Positions 26,235 to 32,000 of a DNA stretch of 32,000 nt are shown here, piece by piece. A program made the position numbers and the translations under genes. Source of the DNA: Acaryochloris sp. CCMEE 5410 (GTDB taxonomy: Bacteria; Cyanobacteriota; Cyanobacteriia; Thermosynechococcales; Thermosynechococcaceae); NCBI RefSeq assembly GCF_000238775.2, contig NZ_AFEJ02000004.1:120101-152100 (forward strand). Direction: 5' to 3'. Numbering within the stretch: position 1 is the first letter of the stretch; the number at the start of each line of letters is the position of its first letter. The notes beneath the pieces were generated by a model. That model saw only the letters and a list, made by a program, of their open reading frames with translations. It was not told where the DNA came from and ran no database searches.

Positions 26235-26432
26235 ATGGCAAAGGTAAAACTTGTTTATAAGCCATCTATGGCAGAAACCAAGCGTCCTCGTGTTGTGGCT
26301 TATCTTGATGACGAGGAAATGAAACAAAAACTTGAGATTTTAGCGGACAGACGATGCCGATCTGTTAGCAATCTTCTGCTAGCTCTTGTCAGAAATGAAA
26401 TTGAACAGGCTGAAAAGTCTGGCGAGATATAA
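26235..26432 (+). CDS. ribbon-helix-helix (CopG-like) protein
   Basis: MAKVKLVYKPSMAETKRPRVVAYLDDEEMKQKLEILADRRCRSVSNLLLALVRNEIEQAEKSGEI; SD GGAAGA before ATG at 26235. Confidence 0.78.
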   Translation: MAKVKLVYKPSMAETKRPRVVAYLDDEEMKQKLEILADRRCRSVSNLLLALVRNEIEQAEKSGEI

Positions 26433-26462
26433 CCAGAACTCAACACTCGCCTCATTAAGAGA

Positions 26463-27125
26463 ATGGCTAAACCAGGACAATCAACTAGGAGAATGGCCCG
26501 ACAAAGAAGGCTCAAAGCTTTCTTATCTTTCGGGTTAGCTCTGTTCATGATTATTCAAGGAGATTCAATCCTTCGATCACTGCTCAAGTCTGACTCACAG
26601 GCTTGGATGATCTCAATCACCATCAGCGGGGTAAGCATATTAGGTGGTAATCGTTTCTGGAAACGAGCTGATCAAGCAGCCCAAGGAGCCAGAGCAGAGG
26701 AGATGGTTGGAGCAACCTTGAACCAGCTTCGAGCTTATGCCTGGACTATCGAGCATGATATTCCTGTACCAAGATGGGGAAATGTCGATCACCTCGCCAT
26801 CTCGCCATCAGGGAAATACTTCTGTATTGACACTAAATCAGGCAAGGGCACCATCGTTCTCAAAGGACATGAATTATCCAAGCAATACGGCAGAACAATT
26901 TACCCTTTCCCAAAAGGCAAAAGCATCCTCAAGGCTGTAAAAGGACAAGCAGGACAACTCCAAAAAAGTAGGGCAGCTACTTGGGTAAAACCAGTTTTAT
27001 GTTTTGTTGGAAGCCAGGTTGAAAAGTCAATCTTGAATACCCAGGTGCAGGGTGTATTGCTGACCGATGTTCATTCAATTGCCAGCATTCTACAAAGTAT
27101 GAGTGTCCACCAAAGTTTGAGCTAA
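26463..27125 (+). CDS. NERD-domain (nuclease-related) protein with N-terminal membrane segments
   Basis: GARAEEMVGATLNQL...IEHDIPVPRWGNVDHLAISPSGKYFCIDTKSGKGTIVL; hydrophobic FLSFGLALFMIIQG and AWMISITISGVSILG. Confidence 0.85.
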   Translation: MAKPGQSTRRMARQRRLKAFLSFGLALFMIIQGDSILRSLLKSDSQAWMISITISGVSILGGNRFWKRADQAAQGARAEEMVGATLNQLRAYAWTIEHDIPVPRWGNVDHLAISPSGKYFCIDTKSGKGTIVLKGHELSKQYGRTIYPFPKGKSILKAVKGQAGQLQKSRAATWVKPVLCFVGSQVEKSILNTQVQGVLLTDVHSIASILQSMSVHQSLS

Positions 27126-27353
27126 CTAAAACATTGCGATCGCAACCCGTATCACTCAACCCAACAACCCCCAGCCCGCCCCTAGGACCTGTCCTAGGAA
27201 GCTTTGGGGTTCGCCTCTGGCAGTTCAGCAGGCCCACTGTTCTTCTGGTGGTTGTTCGGGTGGTGGAGGTGTGAGGAGTGGTGGTATTGTTTGTGCGATC
27301 GCAGGGTTGCACTGAAGATAAGATCACCAGCCTGGTATTGGGAATGTTCTGGG

Positions 27354-27704
27354 CTAGTCCTCGTAGCTTAGGCTTTCTGGGTACAAAGCCGTCAAAGTGG
27401 TTAAGACTCGCTGAATACCCTCTAGGGCTTCAATGAGGCCAAATACCTCCATGTCTAGATCAGTCGCTAGATCAAACATTTCTTGAGCACGAGTTGTGTC
27501 GCCTTGGTTAACGACATCCATTGCCAACTGATGAAGGTTGAGTAAGTTGGTTCTCATCTCAGGGGGTTCCCAACCAGGACCATCTCCCAGAATGCCTCTA
27601 GCCTCATCGAGTAGATCCACGGCTGCGAGGAGATTTGTCGTCTCAAAGTTCTCATACAGATTCTGCCACTCTTCATCAGTCATTTGAGGCATGAGCCGCT
27701 CCAA
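27354..27704 (-). CDS. hypothetical protein, helical
   Basis: 116-aa ORF, divergent from the sigma factor gene. Confidence 0.65.
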   Translation of the reverse strand: MERLMPQMTDEEWQNLYENFETTNLLAAVDLLDEARGILGDGPGWEPPEMRTNLLNLHQLAMDVVNQGDTTRAQEMFDLATDLDMEVFGLIEALEGIQRVLTTLTALYPESLSYED

Positions 27705-27846
27705 TTTCTCCAGCTTCAGTGCTTAGTGTAAGCCGAATGTTCACAACAAAATCGCAGGCATCACTGAATTACTTCCTCGCAGTTTCTTAAGAAATAACAC
27801 AGGACCCTTCCCATACCAGGCATTTCGGGGTATTCCTCTATCAACG

Positions 27847-28690
27847 ATGTTTGCAGGATTGGTTTATGACCACTCATACAGACAGCACTGGCGCTTATCT
27901 CAAAGAAATCGGACGCTACCCCCTTCTATCTCACGAAGAAGAAATCCAACTTGCCAGACAAGCCAAAGCTGGAAACCTTCGGGCCAAACAACGGATGATC
28001 GAGTGCAATCTGCGCCTGGTCGTCTCCATTGCTAAAAAGCATCAGAATCGGGGCTTGCCATTCATGGATTTGATCCAGGAGGGCAGCATCGGGCTGAGTA
28101 GAGCCGTTGAGAAGTTCGAGCCAGAGCAAGGGTATCGCTTCAGTACCTATGCCTATTGGTGGATTCGGCAGGGAATTACCCGCTCGATACAGAATAATAG
28201 TCGTGTGATTCGCCTCCCGGTATGGCACTGGCAGACGGGGAATCAAATCAAACAGACTCGACGACAGCTCTCTCAAGAATTCGGTCGTGAGCCTACGCTT
28301 GCTGAAATTGCACAAGCAATGGAGATTGACATCGAAAAGCTGAAGCAAAACATGCACCATCTTCAAGATGTTCTCTCTCTCGACATGCGGGTGGGGAAGG
28401 AAAAAGACACAACATTGGGGGAGCTGATTGAAGCAGATCATTCGACATCAACCTATCTTGAAGTGCTAAACCAGAGCGAAGAGGTATCGAGCTATTTATC
28501 ACTGCTGGACGAACGACAACGCTATGTGGTTATCCAGCGGTATGGTCTAGAAAATGGTGAACCCCGAACAATGAAAGACATTGGTCAACAGCTTGGCCTC
28601 AGCCGGGAGCGAATCAGGCAGATTCACGAAAAAGCGATGAGGAAATTGCAGAAAAGCAGTGACCAAGCGACAAAGGCCAAAACTGCCTAG
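27847..28690 (+). CDS. RpoD-like group-2 sigma factor; coding frame is 27851..28690
   Basis: [62 protein letters not shown] and [28 protein letters not shown]. Confidence 0.96.
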
Positions 28691-28737
28691 AGGCACAAAA
28701 AAGAGCTGACACTTGAGATTGATAAGTTTAGAGAAAA

Positions 28738-28923
28738 CTATCTATCTAGCATCCTTACTAACTCATTGATCCAGCCGTAATACTCATCACTCTTGTAAAC
28801 ACGAGAAAGGTAGCACTGAGCCTGGATCTTGTACACCAATTCTTGGGCATGGTTCAAATCACATTCTCTAACTTTTGACCAATCAGGATTAACAGCAAAT
28901 CTTTCAGTTCTTAGCAGCACCAT
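28738..28923 (-). CDS. possible small protein
   Basis: 61-aa ORF only; weak support. Confidence 0.25.
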   Translation of the reverse strand: MVLLRTERFAVNPDWSKVRECDLNHAQELVYKIQAQCYLSRVYKSDEYYGWINELVRMLDR

Positions 28924-29301
28924 CCGAGTTTATGCTTCGTTCTTTGGATAAACCTCAAAGCCCTCTTACACAAATGCCACCACGTCAACTGTATCAATAC
29001 AGCATCATTTCTCCGTGATCAAAATCACGGAAATTGCTTTCTTTCGGAGGAATAAGCCATTTTTTTGCGATTAATGGTATTCATGCTAGTCATGATGCCT
29101 AGAAGAGGTGACTACATAAAGCATTGAGATTGCAAACAACGAAACCCAAACTATGGGCTTATTGAAAGATTTCCAAAAACTCTTCTTAAGTTCCATCATT
29201 GTCAACTCTCGTAGATAGACACAGATTAGGGATCTGAGGATGAATCGCTAGGCTTGTTCATGGGGTTTTAATCCTTCAGTAACCAGAATTCTGGTAGCAC
29301 C

Positions 29302-29931
29302 TCAGAACTTCGCAAGGCTGATTTGCGCCCCATCCAAGTTCACCCCTCTCCAGCTCCTAACTCTAAATATCGTGCGATTGAGTGTTGCCCCCCTGAGATC
29401 ACTGCCCCTAACAGAGGCAGACCTGAAATCCGCATCCGTTAGATCTGCTCCTGCAAAGCTGGTGGATTCCAAATTGCAGCCCACAAAGATGGCATTCTTG
29501 AGATTTACTCCCTTGAAGCTGGACCCCTTCAGATTCGACTCCCAAAAGTCGATACCCGTCAGATCCAGCCCTGAGAAGTTGCCACCCTCAATTTCTAGCA
29601 AAGGGAAATATCGCTCCCCGGCCTGATACCGCTCAATGATTTTCTTAGCCTTACTTTCAACAGTGTCATCCAGCCAATAAGGACCGTAATGTTCATCTAG
29701 CCACGGCATCCCCGTCCCGTGATTTTTCTGCTGTAATAGGTACTTACTTAGCCCTCGCTGGCTGAATCGCCAGTGACCATCGATGCAGGCACCAGGGCAA
29801 TTACCTTGCAGGGTTGCATTCATCAGGCTGTCTTCGGTCAGCCCCAGGAACGCTGCGGCCTCGTGGGGGAGCAGTACCTTGTCTATCTGTGGGAGCTGGT
29901 GGGTGCTGGTGCTGGTGTGATTAGTTTGCAT
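29302..29931 (-). CDS. excisionase/MerR-like HTH fused to pentapeptide repeats
   Basis: LLPHEAAAFLGLTEDSLMNATLQGNCPGACIDGHWRFSQRGLSKYL followed by LDLTGIDFWESNLKGSSFKGVNLKNAIFVGCNLESTSFAGADLTDADFRSASVRGSDLRGATL. Confidence 0.88.
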   Translation of the reverse strand: MQTNHTSTSTHQLPQIDKVLLPHEAAAFLGLTEDSLMNATLQGNCPGACIDGHWRFSQRGLSKYLLQQKNHGTGMPWLDEHYGPYWLDDTVESKAKKIIERYQAGERYFPLLEIEGGNFSGLDLTGIDFWESNLKGSSFKGVNLKNAIFVGCNLESTSFAGADLTDADFRSASVRGSDLRGATLNRTIFRVRSWRGVNLDGAQISLAKF

Positions 29932-31621
29932 GGTGCGGACCTCCTTTGAATTCCCGACCCTGGCAGTAAAGGGGACCGCTGATCTGTAAACGCGAAACGT
30001 CTTCTTGAATTCTCAAGTCTGCGTCATCCCAAGAGAGTCGCTCATTGGACGGGAAGACCACGATCACATCACTTTTGCGAATGCAAGCCTGCTCTCCGTC
30101 TCCATAGAAGAGCTGAAACAGGCTAGGGTGTTCTTCATCAGTTTGAAGCGCATAACAGGACTCCCCAAACTCCTCTGCCTCTGTCTCGCTATTGAATGAG
30201 CAAAACGGCACTTCGATGATGTACTCACCACAGTCCCATCCCGTAATTGATCTGTGCTGAGAATTCCAAGGGTACTGGGGTAGTCTATCGACATTGAGGC
30301 GACCTTCCATGATTGCCAGCAATTCAGAATAGACTCCCCAACGGAAACGCGATAAGTTGAGCCACTTGAACCAATTTTTATCAGATGGCCTGATATTAGG
30401 ATCTTGAGGGCCTTGCCATATACACAGTAGGTCAATTTCTATTGCTGAATCGTCATACTCGCAAATCTCATAGCCAAAGAACTTGATCAGTAGGTGACAG
30501 ACGGATTCTGGCATTGGTTCACAATCCGAGATTTCATCATATCGGCCTTGCTGGTGGTAGTCATAAGTCGTGCTATATCCCTCAGAAATGAGGTAGTAGG
30601 CATCCAGCTTTGCTTGGGTATGGGTTCTGGTTGGATGTCGAACGCAAGTCATCTTGCTTTTCAGATAACTGGCCTCATGCGTTATCCAGAAAATACTTGG
30701 ATTGGGAGGCACCTTAATCACTTTTTCTGTAGCCACTTCCTCAATCAAAGGTATGTCAGCACCCGTGGCTAGATTTACCTTTCCGCCAAGGATATTGAGG
30801 ACTCTATTCAAGCTATTCAGATTGAAGTTTATTACTGGGTCGAAAACCCAGCCTCTATCGGAATGGCGATGGGATGCATAGACCCGTTTCCAGTCATTAC
30901 CACCGATGAGTTGATTAATCGTGATACGATTTCCCAGCTGCTCTATGTCTATCGTCGGGATGCCCTCAAATGGTCGGCCAAATACTCGCTGGGTAATGCA
31001 GAAGCTCTCAGGCTCATCAGTGCCAGCCTCAAAAAACTCGATAGCTTGCTCATAAATATTGTGAATATCAGCACCTCCACTACTTGGATTTGCAGCCAAG
31101 GATGCTTTTGGGTTGTCGATGTATCTTTCGTAATCCTCAAATCCTTGAAGCGTCATGGCATGAACCTCAAGGGCCAAACCTGGCTTATACCGTCGGTGGT
31201 TAATACCTGCCATTAATTCAGGGTTTAACAGGCAATCTGCAAGGTCGGTGTGGGTCTCTTCATCTGAGAAAAACAGATGCTTCCAATTCCAAACATCGTA
31301 CAGATCTATCTCGTCTAGTTCTGCTTCTGGGTCCACATTTGGCTGATGTGTTGCACCATAATACTTCTGCAATAGGTAGCAAACATGCTCTGAAAATATG
31401 GCTTCTTCTAGGTTTGGGAAGTCTTGAATTGCATTACGTCCGTATTCCCATGCGTCCCAGTGGATTGAAAGGATATGCAAAATGGATTCAACTAAATCAA
31501 GCTTAGTGCCGGGGAATGTAATGTTTGTTTCTGTTGGCTTATTAATGCGAGGGCCAAAGGTAATCCAGTAAACGGGGTTACCCACGGGAGTAACTGCGGT
31601 TTGCATCGCTATTTCCTCCAT
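29921..31621 (-). CDS. large hypothetical protein, translationally coupled to 29302..29931
   Basis: 566-aa ORF overlapping the downstream start by 11 nt. Confidence 0.8.
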   Translation of the reverse strand: MEEIAMQTAVTPVGNPVYWITFGPRINKPTETNITFPGTKLDLVESILHILSIHWDAWEYGRNAIQDFPNLEEAIFSEHVCYLLQKYYGATHQPNVDPEAELDEIDLYDVWNWKHLFFSDEETHTDLADCLLNPELMAGINHRRYKPGLALEVHAMTLQGFEDYERYIDNPKASLAANPSSGGADIHNIYEQAIEFFEAGTDEPESFCITQRVFGRPFEGIPTIDIEQLGNRITINQLIGGNDWKRVYASHRHSDRGWVFDPVINFNLNSLNRVLNILGGKVNLATGADIPLIEEVATEKVIKVPPNPSIFWITHEASYLKSKMTCVRHPTRTHTQAKLDAYYLISEGYSTTYDYHQQGRYDEISDCEPMPESVCHLLIKFFGYEICEYDDSAIEIDLLCIWQGPQDPNIRPSDKNWFKWLNLSRFRWGVYSELLAIMEGRLNVDRLPQYPWNSQHRSITGWDCGEYIIEVPFCSFNSETEAEEFGESCYALQTDEEHPSLFQLFYGDGEQACIRKSDVIVVFPSNERLSWDDADLRIQEDVSRLQISGPLYCQGREFKGGPHHAN

Positions 31622-31722
31622 TGATTAATAGGTATGAAGTGGATAATTTGCCTAGGCATTACAAGTTCTGTGCAGAATTTGAAGTGCCTAGGCAATACAA
31701 ATTCCAGAGGGAAAACAAAAAA

Positions 31723-32000
31723 CTAAACAGCAGGATTCAACTCAGGCTCAGCATCTTTCTGTGCCCTGTCTGCGATGGATTCAGCTAAGCGAGTGAAATA
31801 AGCCCGATCCTCAGCGGTGGTGTGGTCGAAGAAATAATTGTGTCCAACACCCCGGATGTCCTGATGACTGAAAAATCTTGCATTGCGATAGATGTGATTC
31901 AGGAGATCATGATCGGCGCATCGAGCAACATTGATCTCGTACTCTCCCTTCATAAAAAGGTATGTGCCATCGTCGTACAGAGTGCCGCCCTCGGCATCTT
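31723..32000 (-). CDS. hypothetical protein, partial at window edge
   Basis: The open frame continues upstream of the annotated Met (31953): ...DAEGGTLYDDGTYLFMKGEYEINVARCADHDLLNHIYRNA. Confidence 0.65.
   Translation of the reverse strand, partial: DAEGGTLYDDGTYLFMKGEYEINVARCADHDLLNHIYRNARFFSHQDIRGVGHNYFFDHTTAEDRAYFTRLAESIADRAQKDAEPELNPAV

Noticed and set aside
1-32000. CRISPR array or cas operon
   Set aside because: No regularly spaced direct repeats seen; the only Cas4-like gene stands alone.
1-32000. tRNA or rRNA genes
   Set aside because: No cloverleaf or rRNA-like sequence recognised by eye; tRNAscan-SE/Infernal would be decisive.
1-32000. Insertion sequence or integrase
   Set aside because: No transposase, resolvase or integrase motifs in any long ORF and no flanking inverted repeats noticed.

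Overview
The window is cyanobacterial accessory DNA, probably a large plasmid or a genomic/phage-derived island. This is supported by several HIP1 octamers (GCGATCGC), a group-2 RpoD-like sigma factor and mostly minus-strand gene blocks. The left part carries a SNF2-family helicase, a SWIM zinc-finger protein and a lysine-rich histone-H1-like protein. It also holds a tandem pair of paralogous unknown proteins, a Crp/Fnr regulator, a RecB/Cas4-like PD-(D/E)XK nuclease and an SRPBCC protein. The centre (about 12.1-17.8 kb, minus strand) is a nucleic-acid-modification cassette: a DUF5131/Gp37-Gp68 protein, an MT-A70 adenine methyltransferase, two different PP-loop/PAPS-reductase-like ATPases and a C5-cytosine methyltransferase with a variant catalytic motif (SPEC instead of PPC). 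A DUF4326 protein and many small unknown genes lie upstream of it. The right part has a DUF3560 protein, an NPPF-type methyltransferase, a ribbon-helix-helix regulator with a NERD-domain membrane protein, the sigma factor, an HTH plus pentapeptide-repeat protein and a coupled 566-aa unknown protein. The main observations not explained by genes are: (1) two copies of a conserved 63-68 nt leader block with a perfect 10-bp hairpin, each about 30 nt upstream of an unrelated start codon and each following a distinct ATG-less ORF and a sigma70-like promoter; (2) a hairpin that places a UAA stop in its loop, followed by 54 further in-frame sense codons; (3) a near-perfect palindrome inside a divergent promoter next to the RHH gene. 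All family names are from motif recognition only; no database search was run.
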